64,000 bases of DNA from a virus. Lineage: Duplodnaviria; Caudoviricetes. Position 1 is the stretch's first letter; every line of letters begins with the position of its first letter. Both the position numbers and the translations under genes were made by a program. Positions 23,497 through 32,866 of this stretch are shown one piece after another. The stretch lies in IMG/VR virus record IMGVR_UViG_3300031994_000020; one strand, written 5' to 3'. Below the pieces are notes generated by a model. It was not told the origin of the DNA, searched no databases, and worked only from the letters and a program-made list of their open reading frames with translations.

Positions 23497-23952
23497 TTAA
23501 CCTACAGTATTATCATCACTATCTATGTTATTAGTAATATTATGTATTGCTATATCATGTATTACTCCGCCTTCTGTATTTTCAGCTTTTGCTTTTAATG
23601 AGTATATACCATAAGATAATGTTTCTCCAATGACTGCTCCTATAAGAGTAATTAATGGAGTAAAATCTGGCATGAGTCCAGTTAAATTAGCAATTATAAG
23701 ACTTTGAACAGTAACCTATCCTGTAAATATTTCTAATACAGTAAAGTTTATAAATAAAAAAATTAGAAATAACTTACTCTATGAAGGAAACTTTATTCGT
23801 CTTTTTTCTAATTTTAATTCTTTTTTTTCTTTAGCAATTTTATTTAATGTCATTAAATGCAAATGAGCCTCATTCTAATAATTATATTTTAAATCAGCTT
23901 TTTTTTCAAGCCTTTTTAATTTAAAATCATAAATCATTTTTCTTATGCTCAT
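23497..23952 (-). CDS. Two-TM membrane protein, holin candidate, with 3 internal TAG
   Basis: Missed by the ORF track. FPS(TAG)SKLFLIFLFINFTVLEIFTG(TAG)VTV...PLITLIGAVIG...KAKAENTEGG; directly upstream of the endolysin. Confidence 0.7.
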
Positions 23953-23993
23953 AATATCTCCTCCCATAAAAAAGACCTTCAAATGAAGGTCTT

Positions 23994-25226
23994 TTAAAGC
24001 TTTTGTGCAAGTTTTGCTATTTCAGAACGATATATATTTTTTAATGCAATCTCTCCATAAAAAGAGGAACCTCTAAAAATTTTACTTACTCGTTTCATAC
24101 CATTATGACTTCCCGCATACATAGATAAATCAACCTGAGTATTATCATCGCCATCTATAATACAAATACTATCCTCGCCAATTCTTTGAAGAGCTAATCT
24201 CATAAGTTCTATATCAAGATTTTGTGCTTCTGATATGTATATTGCAGCATTCATACCAGTTGTATCATAACCTCTAATATCAGATAATGGTAATAACACT
24301 AATTGACCATCTGCTATAAGACGTTCTACCGCAATTTTATCTCCGATCTTACTCTCCAATAAGTTGCCTATTTGACTATCAAGCAATTTTTCGGTGCGGG
24401 AGCCAGGATAAAAGCCCAATTTAGCTGAACCCTTAGTTGCAACAGTATTACAAAAAATAATTATTTTATCTATTTTACCATCTTCAAGTAAAGAGAACAT
24501 ATGACCGAAAGCCAGGTATGACTTACCGGTTCCCGCAGGTCCTCGAAGCATAGTTATTTGATTGCAATTTAAACTATCTAAAGCAATTTGTTGATAAGGG
24601 TCTCCGTCTTTAGCGGTTATTTTCCCAAACATTTTAGACTGAGCTTTATAAAAAGGAACTTGCTCATAATGATCCTCTGCCCATTTATATTTATCAGTTA
24701 TTTTTCCATTAAATTTAATTAATAAATATTGACCAGAGTATAAATTATATTCATTTTTATCTGAATTAACAATAGAATTATAAAAGTTAGCTAATTCTAT
24801 TTCATTAAAATTTTTTTCTATATATCCTGTATATGAATCTTCTTCAATGCTTTTAGAGTAAATGGAATCTACCCCAATACTCTTTGCTATTGAATAGCAA
24901 GCTAAATCAGAAGTATAAAATATTACATCGCCACAATTATAAGCCTCCATAATGATTTTACTATCATTATTTTGAGGTAATGAAAAGTGTTTTATATCAT
25001 CATCTAAAGTAGTATGATATATTTTGCAACAGAATTGTTCAGGGTGTTCATTTAATAAATTTAATAAATGCCTTGCCGCATATTTAATTTCTTCATCTCT
25101 TGTTGAAGAATTTTTTATATCCTCTAACTCTGTTAATGTAATACTTGATATATAAAATGGTTCTTTGTCTTGAAATACTGCATCTTGCAAATCAAGTAAT
25201 GTAGATGTATCATAAAACTTTTTCAT
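23994..25226 (-). CDS. phoH: PIN-PhoH family protein
   Basis: FYDTS PIN N-terminus, GPAGTGKS, LGFYPG, SEAQN. Confidence 0.9.
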   Translation of the reverse strand: MKKFYDTSTLLDLQDAVFQDKEPFYISSITLTELEDIKNSSTRDEEIKYAARHLLNLLNEHPEQFCCKIYHTTLDDDIKHFSLPQNNDSKIIMEAYNCGDVIFYTSDLACYSIAKSIGVDSIYSKSIEEDSYTGYIEKNFNEIELANFYNSIVNSDKNEYNLYSGQYLLIKFNGKITDKYKWAEDHYEQVPFYKAQSKMFGKITAKDGDPYQQIALDSLNCNQITMLRGPAGTGKSYLAFGHMFSLLEDGKIDKIIIFCNTVATKGSAKLGFYPGSRTEKLLDSQIGNLLESKIGDKIAVERLIADGQLVLLPLSDIRGYDTTGMNAAIYISEAQNLDIELMRLALQRIGEDSICIIDGDDNTQVDLSMYAGSHNGMKRVSKIFRGSSFYGEIALKNIYRSEIAKLAQKL

Positions 25227-25282
25227 ATATATTTATTACCTTTCTATATATATTTTATAATATATATAAAAATAATTTAAAA

Positions 25283-25714
25283 TTAATTTTCCTTTTTTGA
25301 CTGTTTTTTATTATATGCTTTAAGTATTATATCTCTTCTTCTAATACTAACATCTAATAGTCTATAAAGGTCATTGATTTCATCAGCAAGATCATTTACT
25401 CTCTTAATTCTTTGATTAAGCTGTCTATACATAGCTTTTGCGGAAGGTGAATCCTTATCGAATTTAGAATATCCTTCGCAAGATTTTACAAAATCGAGAG
25501 CTTCATCAGATTTATTTTTAGCTATTTGACGCTCATATTTGAGAGCTTTAATTGTTGCTCTTATTTCTGCATAGTTGCATCCCGCAAATTCTGATTTTCT
25601 TTCAAATTCATCGGGATGTATTTTTGCAGTACCTTCAAATTTTTTCCCGAGATGCTGCATTACTACAGAAGAAGTTCCTTTCTCAGGATCGTAAGAGCTG
25701 CTTATAAATTTCAT
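25283..25714 (-). CDS. Hypothetical protein
   Basis: 143-aa ORF with RBS and upstream promoter. Confidence 0.6.
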   Translation of the reverse strand: MKFISSSYDPEKGTSSVVMQHLGKKFEGTAKIHPDEFERKSEFAGCNYAEIRATIKALKYERQIAKNKSDEALDFVKSCEGYSKFDKDSPSAKAMYRQLNQRIKRVNDLADEINDLYRLLDVSIRRRDIILKAYNKKQSKKEN

Positions 25715-25803
25715 ATTTTATTTTCCTTTCTTTTTTATTTTATTACTTTTATTATATCATATTTTTTTTGAAAAGTAAAGTCTGAGTAGACTTTACTCAG
25801 ACT

Positions 25804-26367
25804 TTAAAGTTGCTTTATACATTCATTGGCTTCTGTTTTTATATCATTTATAATAGTTTCAATATTTACCGGATAGCAATTATGAGAATCTACACCTACA
25901 TGATACATAAAAGGTATCCCATTATAAAAATTTGTTTGCTGATGTGTGTGAGCAAATAAATTAATTATATGCTGTTTTAAATAAGGTCCTTTTTCTAAAT
26001 TACTTGTCAAAGTAGGATAATGATTAAGATAAAAATGATAACCATTCCATTTAAAAAACTGACCTTCAGTAATTTCAACTATATTGTAACATTGATTATA
26101 TAACTCCATTCGTGTATCAGTATCGTGATTTCCTCTAATAACATGAAGCTGACCTTTGAGCTGTTTGATAGCAGCAATTCCCGCATCATTGTTATTAAGC
26201 ATTAAATCTCCAAGAACATATACATCGTCCTCTGGATTTACTACTTCATTGTAGCGAGTTATAATAGCCTTATTCATATCATATACGTTATCAAAACCAC
26301 GCGGTTTATATACAAATTCTCTATCATGGTAAAAATGCCAATCTGATGTAAACCATATATTTCCCAT
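25804..26367 (-). CDS. Calcineurin-like metallophosphoesterase
   Basis: SDWH, LGD, GNHD, HYP, AHTH, VGVD. Confidence 0.9.
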   Translation of the reverse strand: MGNIWFTSDWHFYHDREFVYKPRGFDNVYDMNKAIITRYNEVVNPEDDVYVLGDLMLNNNDAGIAAIKQLKGQLHVIRGNHDTDTRMELYNQCYNIVEITEGQFFKWNGYHFYLNHYPTLTSNLEKGPYLKQHIINLFAHTHQQTNFYNGIPFMYHVGVDSHNCYPVNIETIINDIKTEANECIKQL

Positions 26368-26879
26368 TATTTTATCTCCTCTCGAATCTTTACTTCTTTT
26401 CCTTCTTTATTGTATTCATAAATATATATCTTATCAAATCCTTCATTAAAAGAAGGAAGTGAAAACTGCGAGTACATATTTCTTATTGCAGTCTCAGGAA
26501 CTATTGATCGACCTTCTCGCAGATTATTTCTTGCTATTGCAAGTTCAACAGGAACCTTAATAACAAGAGCTATAACATTTATATCCTTTAATGAAGTTCC
26601 TAATGCTCTTAACAGCTTCCCGCGGGAACATTCATTTATATGAGTAGCATCAACAAAAGTAACATCATTATCTTTTAAAGATGCTTTTATTTCAGATATA
26701 AATTCATTAAAAACTGCTTTTTCTTTAGAGAAATAAGGCTCGTCTTCTGCAACCATTTTAAAACGAATTTCATCGCGGGAGACCACAGCATAGCTACCTT
26801 TTATTTTATTAATTTTATTTTTTATGAATGTAGATTTACCGGACCCCGGAATCCCCACCATCAGATACATTTTCTTCAT
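26367..26879 (-). CDS. AAA_33 polynucleotide-kinase-like protein
   Basis: VGIPGSGKST, SRDEIR, VDATH, RN..R lid motif. Confidence 0.85.
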   Translation of the reverse strand: MKKMYLMVGIPGSGKSTFIKNKINKIKGSYAVVSRDEIRFKMVAEDEPYFSKEKAVFNEFISEIKASLKDNDVTFVDATHINECSRGKLLRALGTSLKDINVIALVIKVPVELAIARNNLREGRSIVPETAIRNMYSQFSLPSFNEGFDKIYIYEYNKEGKEVKIREEIK

Positions 26880-27144
26880 TTTCTATCACGCTCCTTAATT
26901 GTTTATATGTCATTAATCTTTGCCCATCAGCACTAAAATTTTTATGTTCAAATTCAAAAATAAAATCTTCATAAGTATAATTATTATTACATTCAACATG
27001 ATTTGTTTCTTTTTGACAATTTAAACAAAAAATTTTTTTTAAATGACCTTTTTCGCGGGAGGCGTTCTTTTTTCTCCATATAGGAATTCCCTGGTTCCCG
27101 CACTGCGTACAATAAAAACTATTTAATATTGAGTTACCTTTCAT
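26836..27144 (-). CDS. Small Zn-ribbon protein
   Basis: CTQCG...CLNC. Confidence 0.6.
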   Translation of the reverse strand: MKGNSILNSFYCTQCGNQGIPIWRKKNASREKGHLKKIFCLNCQKETNHVECNNNYTYEDFIFEFEHKNFSADGQRLMTYKQLRSVIENEENVSDGGDSGVR

Positions 27145-27294
27145 TCATATCACTCACTCTTGTTCTTTTTCTCATTAATTATCATCTCCTTTTTATTTAT
27201 TATAAATATATTATATCATATTTTTTTAAAAAAGTCAAATAAATAAAAGGCTACCGCATATGCGATAGCCTTTAAGTAGCATTTAAATGTATTA

Positions 27295-28113
27295 TCAGCC
27301 GAGTAATGAAAGAATACTCTGGTTAGACTGATTGCTCTGTGCGAGCATCGCAGTTCCAGCCTGAATAAGGATCTGGTTGTTGCTATAGCTAACCATTTCT
27401 TTAGCCATATCGGTATCACGAATCTGGCTCTCAGCTGCGGTAGTATTCTCGACTACATTATCAAGATTGCTGATTGTGTGTTCGAGTCTGTTCTGAACAG
27501 CACCAAGATCAGATCTCTGCTCAGATACCTTTGCAAGAGCATCTTTAATCTTTGCGATAGCATCCTGTGCAGCGGTATTATCAGCACCAGCTACAGAAAT
27601 ACCACTTATACCAATACCGCTTGCAGACATTTTATCAATGGATATACCAATGAACTGTCCACTTTCAGCGCCAACCTGGAGATTCTTTGAAGTGAAAGAG
27701 CCATCAAGTAAGTTCTGCTCATTAAAAGTTGTAGTTGAAGCTACACGATTAATTTCGCTCTTGAGGGCCTGGATCTCACTATCGAGATAACCTCTATCAG
27801 TGCTGGTCATAGTATCATTTGAAGCCTGATTTGCGAGAACATTCATTCTCTGAAGCATATCATGTACTTCACCAAGTGCGCCTTCTGCTGTCTGTACACA
27901 TGAAATACCATCCTGTGCATTTGCGGAAGCCTGAGTTAAACCTTTAATCTGTCTACGCATTTTCTCACTTATAGCAAGACCTGCTGCGTCGTCAGCTGCA
28001 CGGTTTACTCTGTAGCCTGAAGATAACTTTTCAGTTGCCTTAGACTGTGTTTTGCTTGTTACACCAAGCATACGGTTGCTGTTCATAGCTCTAAGATTGT
28101 GTTGTACTACCAT
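27295..28113 (-). CDS. fliC: Flagellin (short, D0/D1 domains only)
   Basis: [55 protein letters not shown]. Confidence 0.97.
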   Translation of the reverse strand: MVVQHNLRAMNSNRMLGVTSKTQSKATEKLSSGYRVNRAADDAAGLAISEKMRRQIKGLTQASANAQDGISCVQTAEGALGEVHDMLQRMNVLANQASNDTMTSTDRGYLDSEIQALKSEINRVASTTTFNEQNLLDGSFTSKNLQVGAESGQFIGISIDKMSASGIGISGISVAGADNTAAQDAIAKIKDALAKVSEQRSDLGAVQNRLEHTISNLDNVVENTTAAESQIRDTDMAKEMVSYSNNQILIQAGTAMLAQSNQSNQSILSLLG

Positions 28114-28119
28114 GATAAA

Positions 28120-28156
28120 TTCCTCCTTGAATTAGATACTACGGCATCCTTGCCGC
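28120..28156 (-). promoter_or_regulatory. CsrA-type operator and RBS of the flagellin leader
   Basis: CGGC-AAGGAT-GCCG hairpin with GGA in the loop, then AAGGAGG, as in Firmicute hag leaders. Confidence 0.7.
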
Positions 28157-28186
28157 GTTTATATTTATACGGGGAACTTCCCCGAT

Positions 28187-28368
28187 AATGTGGGTAGGGA
28201 TTCGAACCCTACATGATGAGACACGAACTCTAAATTATGCGCTCCGATTGCACTGCGGGTTGAGGAGATGCTCCCGTTGCTCATCTTCTTATTTAATTGC
28301 CCCGCTTGTGTGGACTTGAACCACTCATCAATTCTCTTTTAAGCGTCTACCTATTCCGCCACCACATT
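28187..28368 (-). ncRNA. tRNA-Leu-shell RNA with ~130-nt insert (copy 2), upstream of flagellin
   Basis: AATGTGG/CCACATT acceptor, GGCGGAATAGGTAGACGC D-arm, GTAGGG-TTCGAAT-CCCTAC T-arm, internal second T-loop GTGG-TTCAAGT-CCAC. Confidence 0.75.
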
Positions 28369-28386
28369 TTATATTTTATTAAATAT

Positions 28387-28415
28387 ATTATAACATATTT
28401 TTTTTAAGTTGTCAA
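28387..28415 (-). promoter_or_regulatory. Consensus sigma-A promoter, representative of more than 20 similar copies
   Basis: TTGACA-17nt-TATAAT with extended TG; similar copies near 13060, 16325, 27210, 30195, 31295, 36557, 38645, 47090, 48215, 48290, 48740, 50090, 52530, 54775, 55890, 60730, 61990. Confidence 0.85.
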
Positions 28416-28449
28416 ATGCGGGATCCTATGACCGAATCCCGCATTTTTA

Positions 28450-29700
28450 TTACTGATGATATTTGAGGAGGAACTCAGGGTCTACACATTTGAAGCTATC
28501 GGTTCCATCCTGAGAACGGAATACTATACCTTCACGCATACCGCCATCTATCTTAGATTTCTCTCCATGAACAAATGCACGAAGTTCATCTATAGTGTCA
28601 GGAAGTACATACTCTTCTGCAAGTATAGGTACAGAAGGTATATCAACTTCATCGAGCATCTTCTTCATTTCTACAGTTCCAACTCTCCCGGTATCAGAGA
28701 AGATAAGGTTAAAAGCACGAAGTTCGCGGTCTTTCATTCCATAATCTCTTTTCTGAACTCCTGCACCGAAGGTCTCCGCCTGTACAGTTACCCATTCCGC
28801 AGTAGGATGAAGCATAAGGAGCATTTCAAGTTTATCTCTCATGTTATACTTTGCGTTCATTTCTACCCATATGTTTCCTATGGTATTTGTGTAATAGTTA
28901 TTATTTTCTTTCTCAGGAGTATTGAATACTACATTTCTGCTACATACAAAGTACTCAGCCTTATGACCAAATTTTCCTCTACGAAGATGAAAAGTAGAAG
29001 ATGAGCCATCTATTTTTTCAGTCGCAACCCACTTTATAGTCTTATCTTCAAGAGTCCGAGGTCTGTTCTCTATACGCTCTTCGTCAGTTTTACGCACTTC
29101 CGCAGGCCAGTCCTTTACGACATTTCTTCCAAAGAAAGCAAGAAATATCCATCTAAAAAATTTATTTTTCTTTATAAGTTTGCCATATTTCTTTGCTATT
29201 TTAGGATGTCTCTGAAGTGCGGCATTTATTTTCGCATCAGGATTGATTTTTGCTTTTCTCTTGTTATCCTCTTCAACAGAGTAAGTTACACCAAGATATT
29301 CAGTAAGGAAATCTCCTTCTGCAAAATAAGGAAAATTCTTATCTTTAGTTATCATTACAGGACCATCTCCTGCAAACTGACCTACAGGACCGAGTTCCCA
29401 ACCGAAAGCCTCTGCGGGAAGTGCAAGTCCCTGAGATATTACCTTAAACTTACCAAGCTTCATAGTCTTTACTTTATAATGCTTTGCAGCAAGAAACTCA
29501 GACCAATCCCGCTCAGGAAGTTTAGAGTCTATTTCAAAATAGACTGCAAGGTCACCTTCATGGAACTCTCCCTTTTTAGCTATACAAGTCCATCCATTTA
29601 CACCTACAAGCTCTATATTATCAGCGCCTTCAATAGGGCGAACCCACCCTATTTTAGCTACATATGCAAGTTCTCTTTGTCCAGTTTTAGGATTAAGCAT
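28450..29700 (-). CDS. ATP-dependent RNA ligase, DRB0094-like
   Basis: N-terminal PIEGADNIE OB-like domain, TEKIDGSS motif I, REGIVF, SFKCV. Confidence 0.9.
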   Translation of the reverse strand: MLNPKTGQRELAYVAKIGWVRPIEGADNIELVGVNGWTCIAKKGEFHEGDLAVYFEIDSKLPERDWSEFLAAKHYKVKTMKLGKFKVISQGLALPAEAFGWELGPVGQFAGDGPVMITKDKNFPYFAEGDFLTEYLGVTYSVEEDNKRKAKINPDAKINAALQRHPKIAKKYGKLIKKNKFFRWIFLAFFGRNVVKDWPAEVRKTDEERIENRPRTLEDKTIKWVATEKIDGSSSTFHLRRGKFGHKAEYFVCSRNVVFNTPEKENNNYYTNTIGNIWVEMNAKYNMRDKLEMLLMLHPTAEWVTVQAETFGAGVQKRDYGMKDRELRAFNLIFSDTGRVGTVEMKKMLDEVDIPSVPILAEEYVLPDTIDELRAFVHGEKSKIDGGMREGIVFRSQDGTDSFKCVDPEFLLKYHQ

Positions 29701-29724
29701 TTTAATAATCTCCTTTAAAAATTT

Positions 29725-30144
29725 TTAATAACTATCATAAAAGTATATATGAAAATCTTTATCAGTTACATCGTCTTCATTATCTGCACCCTCATCTATA
29801 TCATCATAAAAAAGATAAAGATTTTTTATTGCATTAGCTATACTAGCAACCTCTTCATACCAATTAAATATTAAAGAGGTTCTTCCATTGTATTCCCAAT
29901 GTTCTTTATCGAGAAAATACTCAAGAGTATTTATAATAGCAGGAATATCCTTGATTTTAAAAACTATTTTACATTTTTTTCTATTATAATTAAAATCATC
30001 AATAAATTTCTGACGAATATTCCAGCATTTTCTCCAATATCCGTATTCATATCCATTATCTTCTTTAAGATAATCAAAACGTGCAAGATAATCCATACCT
30101 TTTTTAGTTTTTGGTTCTATAATAATTCCATTATCAAGTCCCAT
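29725..30144 (-). CDS. Hypothetical phage protein (MGLD...YWRK...YDSY type)
   Basis: ORF with RBS and promoter. Confidence 0.6.
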   Translation of the reverse strand: MGLDNGIIIEPKTKKGMDYLARFDYLKEDNGYEYGYWRKCWNIRQKFIDDFNYNRKKCKIVFKIKDIPAIINTLEYFLDKEHWEYNGRTSLIFNWYEEVASIANAIKNLYLFYDDIDEGADNEDDVTDKDFHIYFYDSY

Positions 30145-30245
30145 ATTATTTCACCTCTTTTTCTTTTTTATTTCTTTTCTTATTTTCTAAAAATATTATA
30201 TCATATTTTTTAAAAAAAGTCAAGTGGGTTCAAAGAACCCACTTT

Positions 30246-30515
30246 TTATTTTCCAATAGGGATAATAGCATTTTCGCTATTCTGTGGAACGATATCTTCT
30301 CCTATTTGCCCATTTTCATCACATTCTTTAATGGATATTATAGTATTCTGCTTAAGATTACCAAAACCGCGAATAAATAAATCAAGTGCTTTCTTTGTAT
30401 CTTTGCTTGTGTCGCCTGTGGGTTTAGGTATCGAAATTTTATTAGTTCTTTCAATAAAACCTTTTCCCCAATTAGTAGAATTTTCATACCATTTAAAAAT
30501 ATAATATCTTGTCAT
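30246..30515 (-). CDS. Hypothetical protein
   Basis: Likely start MTRYY just after the phosphatase stop. Confidence 0.55.
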   Translation of the reverse strand: MTRYYIFKWYENSTNWGKGFIERTNKISIPKPTGDTSKDTKKALDLFIRGFGNLKQNTIISIKECDENGQIGEDIVPQNSENAIIPIGK

Positions 30516-30519
30516 TTTA

Positions 30520-31272
30520 TTACTCCTTATCAAAATAAATTTCCTCAAAAGTATCCAAATCAAGTAATGCTACTCTATCAGTTAATATACTACACATATC
30601 TATATCAATTTTATGTCCATTACAATAATGAAGAATAGTAGGTCTATAAACTGAATAGTCATCTACTTCATAGGCTTCTTTTTCTTTAAAATATTCTTCA
30701 TCTATAACTTTATCAACATAATCATAATAAAATCTTAAATATATAACTGGTGTATGTCCATGAACTATATAAACATTTTCTCCATCAGGCTCAAATTTAT
30801 CATTAAAATGATCTCTGTCCCAAAGAGAATCATGGGACCTGAATGGAAGACCCCAAGGGGTGAATCCCGCATGTTCAAGGATAATTTCATTTCCTTCTTT
30901 ATTAATATAACTTATACAAGTAGAAACCATATGTTTATCAAGACTTTCTATATAGTCTTTTATTTCTTCTTTTGTTAATTTCTGTCTCATGGTTTCCCAT
31001 GTGATATCTCCACCATTATGTCCAAGCCATAATGATTTTGACCGACCTCTAATAGCGTCTATCATCATTTGTTCATGATTTCCTTTAAGATAAATAACGC
31101 GGGGGTCATTTTTTAATCTATCCATTAATTCAAATCCATAAGGACCTCGATCTATCGCATCGCCAAGAAAATATAATTTATCATCAGGCTGAAGATAATC
31201 GAGTAATTTAAAAGCTACTTTATTTCCATGAAAATCGCTTGCCGCATATACTTTTCCCATAGTTTTATTCAC
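30520..31272 (-). CDS. PPP-family Ser/Thr phosphatase-like metallophosphoesterase
   Basis: SDFHG, LGDAIDRG, KGNHE, HAG, VHGHTP. Confidence 0.9.
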   Translation of the reverse strand: MNKTMGKVYAASDFHGNKVAFKLLDYLQPDDKLYFLGDAIDRGPYGFELMDRLKNDPRVIYLKGNHEQMMIDAIRGRSKSLWLGHNGGDITWETMRQKLTKEEIKDYIESLDKHMVSTCISYINKEGNEIILEHAGFTPWGLPFRSHDSLWDRDHFNDKFEPDGENVYIVHGHTPVIYLRFYYDYVDKVIDEEYFKEKEAYEVDDYSVYRPTILHYCNGHKIDIDMCSILTDRVALLDLDTFEEIYFDKE

Positions 31273-31446
31273 CCTCTTTCATTTTATTATAAATATATTA
31301 TATCATATTTTTTAAAAAATGTCAAATAAAAAAAAATTTGCATTTTTAAAAATTTTATGGTATAATATAATTAAGGAAGAATAGAAAATTTTAAAATATA
31401 ATAAGAAAAAGGATTTTTCTTAATTTTTTATACAAGGAGGTATAAT

Positions 31447-32820
31447 ATGAGTGTAACAAGAGTTATGGGTATTACATCTGGTATGGATACTGAAAGTATC
31501 ATTAAACAATATTCTTCTCGATATACCGCAAAGAAAGATAAAATTTGGAAACAGAAACAATCTTTGCAATATAAAGAAGATGCTTGGAAAGAATTGAATA
31601 AAGATATTTATAGTCTTTATACAAAACTTTCAACTAATAGGCTTTCCGGAACATATCAGAAATCAGAATTAACTTCTTCAAATGAAAAAGTAGCGATTGT
31701 ATCTGGTAATAAAGAGACTAGCTCTCAAGAATTAACAGTAAATCAAATTGCTACTCAAACTTTTATAACAGGTGGAGAAGTTGACAAGAAAGAGCCTATT
31801 GGCGTTAATGGCAATATAACCGTTGTTGTAGGCGGCCAGCACAAAGATTTAAATATTACTCCGGATATGTCTATGGAACAAGTAGCAAAGAAACTTAGTG
31901 AAGCGGGAATTGCTGCAAGTTTTGATGAAAATAATATGAGATTATTTTTATCTTCACAAAAAACAGGAGAAAATAGTGAATTTGATGTAATTGGTGATGC
32001 GGGAGTTCTTGCTGCATTAGGGTTAGGGTCCGCCGCAACAAAAACTAATGGTCAAGATGCTATGATAACTCTTAATGGAGTTCAATTTAAATCAGACAAT
32101 AATCACTTCGATATAAATGGTTATAGTATTGAGGCTAATTCAGTTGGTAGTACGACTATTAAGACTAAAACTGATGATAAGATTTTCGATACAATTAAAG
32201 ATTTTATTGAAACATATAATACTTTAATTAAGAAAATTGATACAGCTTATAATGCAAGTAATAAGGGCTATAAACCATTAACTGATGAAGAAAAAGAAGT
32301 TTTAAGTGAGAAACAAGTTGATGAATGGGAAAAAGTATTAAAAGATTCTGCTTTGTATAAAGATAGTTCTTTATATGAAATAAGTAACGTATTAAAGAAT
32401 ACTATGAGTACCACATCTATTGATGGAATGAGATTATCTACAATAGGAATTAATCTTGGTAATTATTTTACCACAGATAAAAATGAGCGTGGAGTCTATA
32501 CAATAGACGAAGATAAACTCAAAGAAGTTATTAATAAAGATCCGAATAAAGTAACTAATTTCATTACTAAACTATCAGCTAAATTATATGACAATATAGA
32601 CAAGAAAATGAAGTCTACAAATTATAGCAGTGTTTATACTGTATATAATGATAAACAGATTAAAGCTGATATTGAAGATTATGATAAAAAGATTAAAGAA
32701 TGGGAAAAGAAAATCGAGCAGATTGAGGATAAGTATTATAAGCAATTTGCTAAAATGGAAACACTTCTTTCTTCAAGTCAAAGTAAATCCAATTATTTCG
32801 CAAGTTATTTCGGAATGTAA
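31447..32820 (+). CDS. fliD: Flagellar filament cap protein
   Basis: RVMGITSGMDTESII, GQDAMITLNG, IKDFIETYNTLI, YKPLTDEEK..LSEKQVDEWE, YYKQFAKME. Confidence 0.93.
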   Translation: MSVTRVMGITSGMDTESIIKQYSSRYTAKKDKIWKQKQSLQYKEDAWKELNKDIYSLYTKLSTNRLSGTYQKSELTSSNEKVAIVSGNKETSSQELTVNQIATQTFITGGEVDKKEPIGVNGNITVVVGGQHKDLNITPDMSMEQVAKKLSEAGIAASFDENNMRLFLSSQKTGENSEFDVIGDAGVLAALGLGSAATKTNGQDAMITLNGVQFKSDNNHFDINGYSIEANSVGSTTIKTKTDDKIFDTIKDFIETYNTLIKKIDTAYNASNKGYKPLTDEEKEVLSEKQVDEWEKVLKDSALYKDSSLYEISNVLKNTMSTTSIDGMRLSTIGINLGNYFTTDKNERGVYTIDEDKLKEVINKDPNKVTNFITKLSAKLYDNIDKKMKSTNYSSVYTVYNDKQIKADIEDYDKKIKEWEKKIEQIEDKYYKQFAKMETLLSSSQSKSNYFASYFGM

Positions 32821-32826
32821 AAAAAT

Positions 32827-32861
32827 AAAGCGGGAGATGATTAATTTCATCTCCCGCTTTT
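32827..32861. terminator. Bidirectional terminator between convergent fliD and DUF2828 genes
   Basis: AAAGCGGGAGATGA/TCATCTCCCGCTTT inverted repeat. Confidence 0.85.
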
Positions 32862-32866
32862 CTATG

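Noticed and set aside
27295-32820. Bacterial chromosomal flagellar locus
   Set aside because: No fliS, flgK/L or other flagellar genes; flanks are phage-type genes with the same phage promoter repeat.
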